Source of the DNA: an uncultured Gammaproteobacteria bacterium | GTDB lineage: Bacteria; Patescibacteriota; Patescibacteriia; Patescibacteriales; UBA12465 | Assembly: GCA_964588435.1 (NCBI GenBank) | Contig: CAZPPI010000003.1 | Span: forward strand, 52-64,051 | Length of the DNA: 64,000 nucleotides | Direction of reading: 5' to 3' | Shown here: positions 27,695 through 37,169 of the stretch, one piece after another | How the letters are laid out: every line of letters starts with the position of its first letter | Numbering within the stretch: position 1 is the stretch's first letter | Program-made: the position numbers and the translations under genes | Notes under the pieces: model-generated | What the model was told of the DNA's origin: nothing | The model's input: only the letters and a program-made list of their open reading frames with translations | The model's database searches: none

Positions 27695-29227
27695 ATGGAA
27701 ATATTCTTAGATATTAGCCCCTTTCAGAGATTTTTTAATCTTGAAGCTGGGGAGATGGTTTGGCGTTTTTTTGCTAATTTTGCTTGGCCTTTTTTGGGTT
27801 TAATCTTTGTTATCGGAGTTAGAGATTTATATCTTTATTGGCTTAGAGGAAAATGGTCAGAAAATCATAAATATATTTTATTAGCCATTGATATTCCTCG
27901 TGGTAATGAGCAATCACCTAAAGCGGTTGAAAATATGTTTACTTATCTTGGCGGTGCTCACGGGACTCAAAGTTTTTTTGAAAAATGGTTTGAGGGTATA
28001 TATCAAAAATCTTTTAGCTTTGAGATCGTTAGTATTGATGGTTATACTCAATTTATTATTAGAACCCCAATTGAATTTCGTAATTTAATTGAATCAGCTG
28101 TTTATTCTCAATATCCAGATGCAGAAATTTTTGAAGTTGAAGATTATGTTAATAATGTTTCTCATAAAGTTCCTGATGAAGAATATGATTTTTGGGGTAC
28201 AGAATTTATTCAGGGAGCTTCCGATGTTTATCCGATTAAATGTTATGAAGAATTTGAGCATAAAATGGGACCCAGTGAAACGCAATTTAAGGATCCAATG
28301 GCAAGCTTAATGGATCTTTGTGGTTCTTTACGGAAGGGTGAACAATTTTGGTTTCAGATGATTGTTACTCCTACTGGTTTTGATTGGATAAAAAAATCAG
28401 AGAAAGAAATAAATAAACTCTTAGATCGTAAACCCAAAGTTAAAGACGATTTATTTGTTAAGGGTTTGGGATTATTAGGTGATGTGAGCGAGTCAATCTA
28501 TCCAATTTGGGGTGATATTGAGCCATCTAAAAAGAAAGAAGAAAAATCCAAAACTATAATGGATTTATCTCCAGGAGAAAAGGAAAAAATTGAGGCAATT
28601 CAAAGAAAGGCATCAAAGCTAGGGTTTGAGGTGAAGATTCGAGTTATTTATATGTCTCGCAAAGAAGTGATGAATAGATCAAAAGTTGTTTCTGGTTTCG
28701 TTGGTTATATTAAGCAGTTCATGTCTTTAAATTTAAATAATTTGAAACCAGAATTAAAACGAATTGGAACTAAGGTTGCTTATTTTAATAAAACGAGTCG
28801 CTTGATTAGGAAGAAGAGAATTTTATTATCTGCTTATATTGATCGTTCCGGCTCAGTTGGCTCTAAAGCAGGAATATTAAATATTGAAGAACTTGCAACT
28901 TTATGGCATTTCCCAGTTGAATTTATGGCGAAATTTTCTATGTTACAGAAAGTTCCGGGTAAAAAAGCTAATGCTCCCGCATCTTTACCCCTCGATGATG
29001 AGCCGTCAGAAACTTCTGGTCAATTTTTAAATTTTGTTTCTGAAGATAAAAGTGAGTCTAATTTTATTAATGAAAATAATAAAGAAGAAGATAATTTTAT
29101 TAATCAAAATTTAGAGGATAAGCAAGATGATGAACTTAATAATTTTTTTGGCATTAATAATAATAATAATAATGATGATGATGATGAAAATCAATCAAGC
29201 TTACCGCCAAACTTGCCAATAGTTTAA
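27695..29227 (+). CDS. hypothetical membrane protein (510 aa) with an Asn/Asp-rich C-terminal tail
   Basis: N-terminal TM (FANFAWPFLGLIFVIGV) and a large soluble region ending in an EELATLWHFP motif. No Walker A motif is present. Confidence 0.55.
   Translation: MEIFLDISPFQRFFNLEAGEMVWRFFANFAWPFLGLIFVIGVRDLYLYWLRGKWSENHKYILLAIDIPRGNEQSPKAVENMFTYLGGAHGTQSFFEKWFEGIYQKSFSFEIVSIDGYTQFIIRTPIEFRNLIESAVYSQYPDAEIFEVEDYVNNVSHKVPDEEYDFWGTEFIQGASDVYPIKCYEEFEHKMGPSETQFKDPMASLMDLCGSLRKGEQFWFQMIVTPTGFDWIKKSEKEINKLLDRKPKVKDDLFVKGLGLLGDVSESIYPIWGDIEPSKKKEEKSKTIMDLSPGEKEKIEAIQRKASKLGFEVKIRVIYMSRKEVMNRSKVVSGFVGYIKQFMSLNLNNLKPELKRIGTKVAYFNKTSRLIRKKRILLSAYIDRSGSVGSKAGILNIEELATLWHFPVEFMAKFSMLQKVPGKKANAPASLPLDDEPSETSGQFLNFVSEDKSESNFINENNKEEDNFINQNLEDKQDDELNNFFGINNNNNNDDDDENQSSLPPNLPIV
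29156..29185 (+). repeat. in-frame trinucleotide microsatellite (AAT)6(GAT)4
   Basis: Read directly from the sequence. It encodes N6D4 in the tail of the 510-aa protein. Confidence 0.9.
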
Positions 29228-29232
29228 AACAC

Positions 29233-30429
29233 ATGAGAATCGGAATAGATGCGCGCTTCTATGGTCCCGTCGGTAAAGGTTTGGGGCGGTATACTCAAGA
29301 AGTCGTAGACAGAGTAATAGAAAAAAGTAGATTGAGTTCTGAGCTTGATTTGTTTTTTGTTGTTTTTCTAAGTCCAGAAAACTTTGATGAGTTTCATATT
29401 GATGATAGGCGAGTTTTGAAAGTTAAGTTGCCTTTTCGTTGGTACTCGGTTAAAGAGCAATTATTATTTCCATTTTATATTAAAAAATATAAACTTGATT
29501 TAATTCATTTTCCTCATTTTAATATTCCTATTTTTTGCCCCATTAAATTTGTAGTAACAATTCACGACTTAATTTTAACTCGTTTTCCGACCATGAGAGC
29601 GACGACAAGAAATAAATTTATCTATAATTTAAAAAATGTAGCTTATCGCATAGTTTTAAAAAGAGCAATTAAAAAATCGACTAAAATAATTACTATTTCT
29701 AAGTTTACTAAGAAAGATATTTTATCGTTATTCAAAATTAATCCAGAAAAAATTGTTTTAACTTATGAGGGGGTAATTGATTTAGATTTAGCTAAAGATA
29801 AAAAGTTTGCAGAGAAACAAGTGAAAGAAGAGCTAAGTTTAACTGAAACTAACCAAAATAATTTTATTCCGCCTTCTAATTTTTTACTTTATGTTGGTAG
29901 TGCCTATCCTCATAAAAACTTAGAGAGGTTGATAGAAGCTTTTAATATATTAGAAAAAGAGTCTTCCAATATTTTCTTGGTCTTGGTTGGAAAAAGCGAT
30001 TTTTTTTATGAACGTTTAAAAAAAGATTCCCTGACTTTAGATTTAATTAAGGCTCAAAGAATTTTCTTTACTGGTTATGTTTCCGACACCGAGCTTTCTG
30101 CCCTATACTCCAAAGCTTTAGCTTTTATTTTTCCATCACTTTATGAGGGCTTCGGTTTACCTCCTTTAGAGGCGATGTCAAAAGCTTGCCCAGTATTATC
30201 TTCTAATCACTCTTGCTTAACAGAAATTTTAGAAGACAGTGCTCTATATTTTGATCCAGAAGATCTAAAAGATATAGTTAGTAAAATAAAAATTATTAAT
30301 CAGAACGAGTCTTTGCGAAACGATCTAGTACGAAAAGGGTTGATGCAAGTAAAAAAATATTCATGGGATGATTGTGCTGAAAAAACTCTTAAAGTTTACT
30401 TGGATATTTTAGACCCTGTTAATATTTAA
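29233..30429 (+). CDS. glycosyltransferase, GT4 family
   Basis: YEGFGLPPLEAMSKACPVLSSNHSCLTEI motif. Confidence 0.8.
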   Translation: MRIGIDARFYGPVGKGLGRYTQEVVDRVIEKSRLSSELDLFFVVFLSPENFDEFHIDDRRVLKVKLPFRWYSVKEQLLFPFYIKKYKLDLIHFPHFNIPIFCPIKFVVTIHDLILTRFPTMRATTRNKFIYNLKNVAYRIVLKRAIKKSTKIITISKFTKKDILSLFKINPEKIVLTYEGVIDLDLAKDKKFAEKQVKEELSLTETNQNNFIPPSNFLLYVGSAYPHKNLERLIEAFNILEKESSNIFLVLVGKSDFFYERLKKDSLTLDLIKAQRIFFTGYVSDTELSALYSKALAFIFPSLYEGFGLPPLEAMSKACPVLSSNHSCLTEILEDSALYFDPEDLKDIVSKIKIINQNESLRNDLVRKGLMQVKKYSWDDCAEKTLKVYLDILDPVNI

Positions 30430-30432
30430 AAA

Positions 30433-32925
30433 ATGAATATAAAAAATTCAAAACAAGAAATATTACAAAAATATCAAAAATCAACTTTGGTTGTTGATTT
30501 ACGTTCTTTAGTTAAAGAAAAAGAAAATCTAAATAATTCTGTTAAAGTTTCGACCAAAAAAGTAAATCAACCAAAAAAAAGATTAAAATTTTTTACAAAA
30601 AAAAGTTTTAATCAAGGTTTTAATTTGCCTTTTAAAAAAAGAGAGCCTTTTTATGAAAAAGTTTTTTCTTTTTTTAAAGAATATCAATCTAAAAAACGAG
30701 AGAGAAAAGTATTTTTTAAGATTTTAAAAAATCGACAAAAGATTTTAACTCATAAGGTAAAAGATTTTTTTATTTTGCCAGAAATATCGGTTTCTTTTAA
30801 GAAGAAACCTGTAGCGAAAAAAACAAAATTTTTCAAACGACTTCCTAATTTTGCTCTAGTTCTTATTTTTTTAGTAATTCCTTTAAAAATATTTTCTTTG
30901 TCTGGAATACTTGACTTTAAAAATTTTGAAACTCGTATTTTTAACAACTCTTATCAAGGTGTTAATAATTTATTAGCCGCTGCCGATTCAATTTCTCGTT
31001 TTGATTTAAAGAATGCAGACGCCGATTTAACGGCTGCAGGCTTAAATTTTTTAGCGGCTGATGATGATTTAGGCAAAATAAATGATGCAATATTTGCTTT
31101 AGCATCTTTATCTTCTGATCCGAAGATTAAGTTAGCCTCACAAAGTAGAAAATTTTTAGCTGCTGGATTTATTGCCTCTTCTTTAGGTAAAAATTTATTA
31201 GCAGCAACCGATAGTCTTTTTAGTGGTAGTGATAATTTTAAACAGTCTTTAGAAGAATTTATTGATTATGGTTTTTTAGCGGTTAAAGACGCTAAAGAAC
31301 TTGAAAAAATTATTGCTCAAATTAATGAGAAAGATTTGCCCGAAGATTACTATTTAAAGTTTGCCCAACTAAAAAATCAAAGTTCTATTTTAGCTAATAA
31401 CCTTGATGATTTTCTTAAGCTTAGTGATAGTTTGAAAGATTTTCTTGGTCTAAGTATGGACAAACGCTACTTATTAGTTTTTCAAAATAATTCTGAATTA
31501 AGAGCTAGTGGTGGTTTTCTTGGTAGTTATGCTTTAGTTGATTTACGTGATGGTAAAATTAGGAATCTTGAAGTTCCTGCCGGAGGCTCTTATGATTTAG
31601 AGGCTGGACTTAATGGGAAAAAATTTGCTTCTCCTTACGCTCTTCATTTAGTTAATCCTTTATGGAATTTTTGGGACGCTAATTGGTGGCCTGATTGGCC
31701 TAAAACTGCTAACCATTTAATGTGGTTTTATGAACAAAGTGGTGGTCCTAGCGTTGATGGTGTAATTTCTTTAACGCCAACAGTAGTTGAAAGAATGCTT
31801 GAGATTAGCGGACCAATAGATATGAGTGAGGAATATGGCTTAGTAATTAATTCGGAAAATTTTTGGGAAACAGTTCAGAAAGTCGTTGAATATAAAAATT
31901 TATTACCAACCCATCCTGACGATTTAGTTGGTTTGCCAGCTAGTTCCTCGGCAATCAGCGTTGACTTGCCTTTATCTCAGGACTTAGAGAATAATAGTAA
32001 TAATAAACCAAAGAAAATAATTGGCGATTTAATGGCTAGGATGTTGGAGATTTTACCAAGCAAACTAAATCGAGAAAATTTACCAGAAATTATTTCTATT
32101 CTTGAGGAAAGCGTATTAGAAAAACAGGTGATGTTTTATTTTAAAGATGAGAATCTACAAAAAGAAGCTAGTCGTTATCATTTATCAGCGGAAATGAAAG
32201 ATGTAGAAGCTGATTACTTAATGATAGTTGATACTAATATCGCTGGGCAAAAAACAGATAGGGTAATTTCAAAAAAAGTTCGTTTAGAATCAGAAATAGT
32301 AGATGATGGCCAAATAGTTAATACTTTAACTATTAATCGCGAACATTTAGGTCAAAAAAACGCTGTTTTAGTTGGGGTTCGTAATGTTAATTGGCTTAGA
32401 ATTTATGTGCCAAAAGGGTCTGTTCTTTTAGATGCTTATGGTTTTGAGTCGCCTGACCCTGAGTATTTTGATAAAGCCGACCCTGATGCTTTAATTCTTC
32501 CGGAACTTGAAAATGAATATTTTGCAAAAGTAGATAAACGTAGTGGTACTTTGATTTATGATGAAGGTGATAAAACAGTTTTTGCTAATTGGACGATGAC
32601 TGATCCTGGCCAAAATTCAGAAGTGGTTATTAATTATAGATTACCCTATGATTTTAATGTTATTTCTCAAGAAGAAGATGTTTCTTGGTTGAAAAAAATT
32701 TATCAACTTTTAAATCCTGACGAGGCTTTAATTTCTTCTTATTCTTTGCTTTGGCAAAAACAACCAGGGGCTAAGGCATATGACTTTGAATTAAATATTA
32801 GATTACCTGAAGATTATGAAATTTTTTGGCAGGCAGAAGAAAATCATAATTCAAGAGAGATTGAAGTAAAAGATAGTTTAAATCAGGATCGTTTTTATGG
32901 AGCTTTAATTAAAAAAATTAAATAA
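30433..32925 (+). CDS. DUF4012-type membrane-anchored extracytoplasmic protein (830 aa)
   Basis: Lys-rich 140-aa cytoplasmic tail, one TM, then the motif block YLLVFQNNSELRASGGFLGSYALVDLRDGKI that I associate with DUF4012. The family assignment is from memory and has not been searched. Confidence 0.6.
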   Translation: MNIKNSKQEILQKYQKSTLVVDLRSLVKEKENLNNSVKVSTKKVNQPKKRLKFFTKKSFNQGFNLPFKKREPFYEKVFSFFKEYQSKKRERKVFFKILKNRQKILTHKVKDFFILPEISVSFKKKPVAKKTKFFKRLPNFALVLIFLVIPLKIFSLSGILDFKNFETRIFNNSYQGVNNLLAAADSISRFDLKNADADLTAAGLNFLAADDDLGKINDAIFALASLSSDPKIKLASQSRKFLAAGFIASSLGKNLLAATDSLFSGSDNFKQSLEEFIDYGFLAVKDAKELEKIIAQINEKDLPEDYYLKFAQLKNQSSILANNLDDFLKLSDSLKDFLGLSMDKRYLLVFQNNSELRASGGFLGSYALVDLRDGKIRNLEVPAGGSYDLEAGLNGKKFASPYALHLVNPLWNFWDANWWPDWPKTANHLMWFYEQSGGPSVDGVISLTPTVVERMLEISGPIDMSEEYGLVINSENFWETVQKVVEYKNLLPTHPDDLVGLPASSSAISVDLPLSQDLENNSNNKPKKIIGDLMARMLEILPSKLNRENLPEIISILEESVLEKQVMFYFKDENLQKEASRYHLSAEMKDVEADYLMIVDTNIAGQKTDRVISKKVRLESEIVDDGQIVNTLTINREHLGQKNAVLVGVRNVNWLRIYVPKGSVLLDAYGFESPDPEYFDKADPDALILPELENEYFAKVDKRSGTLIYDEGDKTVFANWTMTDPGQNSEVVINYRLPYDFNVISQEEDVSWLKKIYQLLNPDEALISSYSLLWQKQPGAKAYDFELNIRLPEDYEIFWQAEENHNSREIEVKDSLNQDRFYGALIKKIK

Positions 32926-32936
32926 TATATAAATAT

Positions 32937-34958
32937 ATGTTAGCTAAGAAAAAAAAGGAGAAAGATTTTAACCTTAAGAATCAAAAAGAATCGGGTTTAG
33001 CAGCTTTTATTGCTCGACCGATTCCCGAAGAAGATGAAGTAGTTAATTTTGAAAAAGCAGTTAATCGCGAATTACGTGATCAGGAAATTGATTCTCACTT
33101 AGCTGATGTTTATAGTGATAAGCGTGGGGGGAGAGTTGATGTTAGTCACATGAACATTAAAAAAAAGCCAAAGTTTTTTCTATCATTTTTAAAAAATATT
33201 ATTATTATCGCTCTTTTGGCAATACTTGTTAATTTTGTTTACAATCAATATTTTCGTAACAATAACGATATTAGTTCGTTAAGATTAGATTTAATCGCCC
33301 CAGAGAGAGTTGTGGCGGGAGAAGAATTTTATTATGAGGTTGAATATTTTAATCCAAGTAAATTTGTTTTTTCAGAAATTTATCTAGAGATGCAATATCC
33401 AGATAGTTTTATTTTTGATTCAGCTACTCTTAATTCTGTCCCGATTGTATCTGAAAGCGGAAATTATGCCTTTAAGTTAGATACACTTGCCCCGGGAGAA
33501 AGAGCGAGTTTAAAAATAAAAGGTTATCTTTTAAATTTACCAGAATCTGTTAATTTAGCGGTAGCTCGTCTAACATATTTGCCAGGAACTTTTTCTAGTC
33601 ATTTTAAAAAAGAAGCTTCAAGTTCAACGATTATTAGTGGTTTAGGATTTTTGGTTGATACTGAGAGCTCTAATGCAGTTTTTGTTAATCAGGATAATGA
33701 AATAAAAATATTTTTTTCAGGATTTGATGATGGTCTCTTAACAGATAAGCTAAGTGAATTTGATATATTCTTTGATTTTAGTGAGGGTAGTGACGGAGAA
33801 ATATTAGAAGCCACATCTTCTTTATCATTAGCTTCAACCGAAAAATCATCTGAAGAAAAATTATCTTTAGAAAAATTAAGTGCTTTTTCTTGGCGCGTTT
33901 CTGGCTTAAATTCGTTAATGAATCGTCAAGAAATAACTTTTAAATATCGAGTTAAGAATAAGGTTGATGATTTCCAAATTAACATTGGTTTACGTCATCG
34001 TTTAAGTGATAAAGAATTTGTTTTTTGGCAAAAAACTTTAAAGCCGGAATTAGTCTCGAGTGATTTAAGTTTAAACTTAACTCTCAATGATTCTAAAAAT
34101 GATCAAGCTTTAAATTTTGGCTCAGATTTAAATTATTCTCTCCATTATTCAAATAAGGGTACTAAAGCTTATCGGGATGTTGTAATTATGGCTATTTTAG
34201 AAGGGGAAGCCTTGGATTTTGATTCTTTAATTATTGGTCAAAATGGCGAGAGTAGCGCCAATTCAATAGTCTGGTCTAAAAATGAATTACCGGGTTTGGC
34301 GGAAATTAAAGCTGGGGCCGAAGGTGAAATTAATTTTAATATCAAGGTAAAAGATTTTAATTCTAATTTTTTAGGAAAAGATTTAGAGCTTTCTGCCTAT
34401 GCTCAGTATAGTGTTGGTGGTAAAGAAATAAGTGGAACTGAAAATATTAGTAATAAAATTATTAATAAAATAAACAGTGATCTTAACCTTAAAGAGGAGT
34501 TAAGATATTTTAATGATGATAATTATCCAGTTGGTTCTGGCCCCTTACCTCTAGAAGTTGGTGAGAAAACTGAAATTAGGGTTTACTGGACAATAGAAAA
34601 CAACTTACATGAATTAAGAGAGTTGAAAGCAACCTTTAATCTTCCAGCTTACGTAGATTTTTCTGGACGAGAAGATATTGAAGTTGGTCGTCTTTACTAT
34701 GATGATAGTTTAAGACAAGTTGTTTGGGAAATTGGATTACTACCAACCTCTAAATATTTACTTCAAGGCTCTTTTTCCTTAAGCATTACGCCGACTGAAA
34801 ATGATCGGGATAAAATTTTAGTTTTATCTCCCGGTTCAATTGTTAGTGCAATTGACACGGAAACAGGGGGCGTTATTTTAAAGAAAACTGAAGCAAAAAC
34901 CAGTCGTCTTGAGGATGATGAAATTGCGGCGATGAATAATTCTGGGAGGGTAAAATAA
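32937..34958 (+). CDS. membrane-anchored protein with repeated Ig-like (DUF11/CARDB-like) modules (673 aa)
   Basis: 80-aa cytoplasmic tail, one TM, and recurring beta-sandwich-type motifs (LAPGERASLKIKGYL; IKAGAEGEINFNIKV; LEVGEKTEIRVYWTIEN). Confidence 0.55.
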   Translation: MLAKKKKEKDFNLKNQKESGLAAFIARPIPEEDEVVNFEKAVNRELRDQEIDSHLADVYSDKRGGRVDVSHMNIKKKPKFFLSFLKNIIIIALLAILVNFVYNQYFRNNNDISSLRLDLIAPERVVAGEEFYYEVEYFNPSKFVFSEIYLEMQYPDSFIFDSATLNSVPIVSESGNYAFKLDTLAPGERASLKIKGYLLNLPESVNLAVARLTYLPGTFSSHFKKEASSSTIISGLGFLVDTESSNAVFVNQDNEIKIFFSGFDDGLLTDKLSEFDIFFDFSEGSDGEILEATSSLSLASTEKSSEEKLSLEKLSAFSWRVSGLNSLMNRQEITFKYRVKNKVDDFQINIGLRHRLSDKEFVFWQKTLKPELVSSDLSLNLTLNDSKNDQALNFGSDLNYSLHYSNKGTKAYRDVVIMAILEGEALDFDSLIIGQNGESSANSIVWSKNELPGLAEIKAGAEGEINFNIKVKDFNSNFLGKDLELSAYAQYSVGGKEISGTENISNKIINKINSDLNLKEELRYFNDDNYPVGSGPLPLEVGEKTEIRVYWTIENNLHELRELKATFNLPAYVDFSGREDIEVGRLYYDDSLRQVVWEIGLLPTSKYLLQGSFSLSITPTENDRDKILVLSPGSIVSAIDTETGGVILKKTEAKTSRLEDDEIAAMNNSGRVK

Positions 34959-34988
34959 AAATTATTTAGATGAAATTTACTAATAAAA

Positions 34989-36107
34989 ATGTTTAAATTA
35001 GTTAAAAGAAAAAAGGATGGACGTCGTTTAGGGCTTTTAAAAACAAAGCATGGAATTTTAAAAACGCCGTTTTTTATGCCTGACGCAACTAGAGCTTTTA
35101 TTAAGTTAAGTTCTGCTGATGAAGTCTTAGCGACTAAAACTAAGGCTATGGTTGTTAATACTTTTCATCTTTATCTACAACCAGGTTTAGAAACAATTAA
35201 GAAGGCTGGAGGGGTTCATAAATTTATGGCTTGGGATGGGCCCTTACTTTCTGATTCTGGTGGTTTTCAAGTTTTTTCCTTAATCCACAAAAATTCAGCC
35301 ATGGGAAAAATAGATGATGATAAAGTTGTCTTTAAATCACCACTTAATGGTTCTTATCATGAATTAAGCCCAGAAAAAGCGATTCAAATTCAATTTGATT
35401 TAGGAGTTGATATGATGGTCTGCCTTGATGATTGCCCTCCTAATGAATTTTCTCGCCATGATTTAGAGCAGGCAGTTGAAAGGACAATTGCTTGGGCAAA
35501 TAGATGTAAGATTGAGTATGAACGTCAGATTAAAAAAAGAAAGTTGGTTGGTTTAAAAAGACCTTTGATTTTTGGAGTTATTCAGGGCGGGGCCGAGCTT
35601 GATTTGCGAGAAAAATGTACTAAAGAATTAGTTAAAATTGGTTTTGACGGTTATGGTTTTGGTGCCAGACACGTCGATAAGGATGGTAAATTTTTGAAAG
35701 AAATTTTAAAAAAAACAGCGAGTTTTATTCCTGAGAATTCTCTTCGTTTTGCCCTTGGTATTGGTAATCCTGAGGATATAAAAATTTGTGTTAAGCTTGG
35801 TTGGGATATGTTTGATTGTGTTATTCCAACTAGAGAGGGTCGTCATGGGAAAATTTTTTTAGATGAACCAAAGCTTTTTTCGAATAAGAGAAGTAAGATA
35901 GGTTCTATTAATATTAATAATGCGGTTTTTAATCAAGACTTTACAGTTATCAATAAGAGTAGTAATATTAAGGCGTTAAAAACACATTCACGGGCCTATT
36001 TAAAACACCTTTTTCAGCTTAAAGAGCCTTTGGGACAAAAATTAGCCGCACTTAATAATTTAGAATTTTATCAAAAGTTAATGGCAAGAATAAGGGCTGA
36101 GAAATAA
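34989..36107 (+). CDS. tgt: tRNA-guanine transglycosylase family protein (divergent, lacks the Zn site)
   Basis: LSDSGGFQVFSL, LDDCPP, GVIQGG, LGIGNPEDI...DMFDCVIPTREGRHG and SRAYLKHLF motifs. There is no Cys in the last ~100 aa. Confidence 0.8.
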   Translation: MFKLVKRKKDGRRLGLLKTKHGILKTPFFMPDATRAFIKLSSADEVLATKTKAMVVNTFHLYLQPGLETIKKAGGVHKFMAWDGPLLSDSGGFQVFSLIHKNSAMGKIDDDKVVFKSPLNGSYHELSPEKAIQIQFDLGVDMMVCLDDCPPNEFSRHDLEQAVERTIAWANRCKIEYERQIKKRKLVGLKRPLIFGVIQGGAELDLREKCTKELVKIGFDGYGFGARHVDKDGKFLKEILKKTASFIPENSLRFALGIGNPEDIKICVKLGWDMFDCVIPTREGRHGKIFLDEPKLFSNKRSKIGSININNAVFNQDFTVINKSSNIKALKTHSRAYLKHLFQLKEPLGQKLAALNNLEFYQKLMARIRAEK

Positions 36108-36131
36108 TAATAATAAATTTAAATAATATTT

Positions 36132-37160
36132 ATGAACACTAAGATTATTGCAACTATTGGTCCAAAGACTGAATCTCCAGAAGATTTAAAACGCCTTTTA
36201 GATGAGGGGGTCGAAATGGTAAGGGTTAATTTTTCTCATGCGACTTATGAACAATATGCTAGGATAAAAAAACTACTTAATGTTTATAATAAAAAAAATA
36301 AAAGGGAAGTGAAAATTATGCTTGATCTTCAGGGCCCAAGGATTAGGGTTGGCAATATGCCAAAGGGTGGAATTAACCTTGAAGAGGGTGAACATTATTC
36401 TTTTATTTTTAAAAAAGGGGGCGTTTATAAAAAAGGTATAATTCCAATTGATAATTCTGAACTTTATCTTGATATTAAAAAAGGTGAGCCGCTTTATTTG
36501 GCTAATGGTGAAATTGAATTAATTGTTAGTGATATTAGGAAAGGTTTTATCAATGGGATTGTTGTCCGTGGTGGTTTATTAACCTCGCATAAGGGCATCA
36601 ATGTTCCTTATACTAATATGAAAAGAGGTGGTTTAACACCAAAAGATATTAGTGATGTAAAATTTGGTTTAAGTGTTGGTGTTGATTATGTAGCTTTATC
36701 TTTTGTGCAAACACGAGAAGATGTGGAAAAATTGAGAAAAATTATTTCTAAGAAAAAGGGAGTAAAACTAATTTCTAAAATTGAACGAGCGATTGCTCTA
36801 AGAAATATTGATCAAATAATTCAGGTTTCTGATGCTATTATGATTGCTCGTGGTGATTTAGGAATTGAAATTCCGATTGAAGAGTTGCCAATTGTTCAAA
36901 AATATTTAGTCAAATTTGCTCATTGGCATGATAAGCCAGCAATTATTGCAACGCAAATTATGACTTCAATGATAAAAAATTCTCATCCGACAAGAGCCGA
37001 GATTAGTGATATTGCTAACGCTGTTTTAGATGGTGGCGACATGGTAATGCTTTCTGATGAAACAACGATTGGCGACCATCCTTTTACTGCTGTTAGAATT
37101 TTGAAAAAAGTTGTGAGTCGAACTGAAAAATATTTAGATAAGGAAAATTTAAAAATTTAA
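36132..37160 (+). CDS. pyk: pyruvate kinase, short form lacking the C-terminal domain
   Basis: KIIATIGP, VNFSHA, MIARGDLGIEIP, ATQIMTSM...PTRAEISDIANAVLDGGDMVMLSDETTIG. The ORF ends about 25 aa after the A domain. Confidence 0.85.
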   Translation: MNTKIIATIGPKTESPEDLKRLLDEGVEMVRVNFSHATYEQYARIKKLLNVYNKKNKREVKIMLDLQGPRIRVGNMPKGGINLEEGEHYSFIFKKGGVYKKGIIPIDNSELYLDIKKGEPLYLANGEIELIVSDIRKGFINGIVVRGGLLTSHKGINVPYTNMKRGGLTPKDISDVKFGLSVGVDYVALSFVQTREDVEKLRKIISKKKGVKLISKIERAIALRNIDQIIQVSDAIMIARGDLGIEIPIEELPIVQKYLVKFAHWHDKPAIIATQIMTSMIKNSHPTRAEISDIANAVLDGGDMVMLSDETTIGDHPFTAVRILKKVVSRTEKYLDKENLKI

Positions 37161-37169
37161 ATAAGATAT

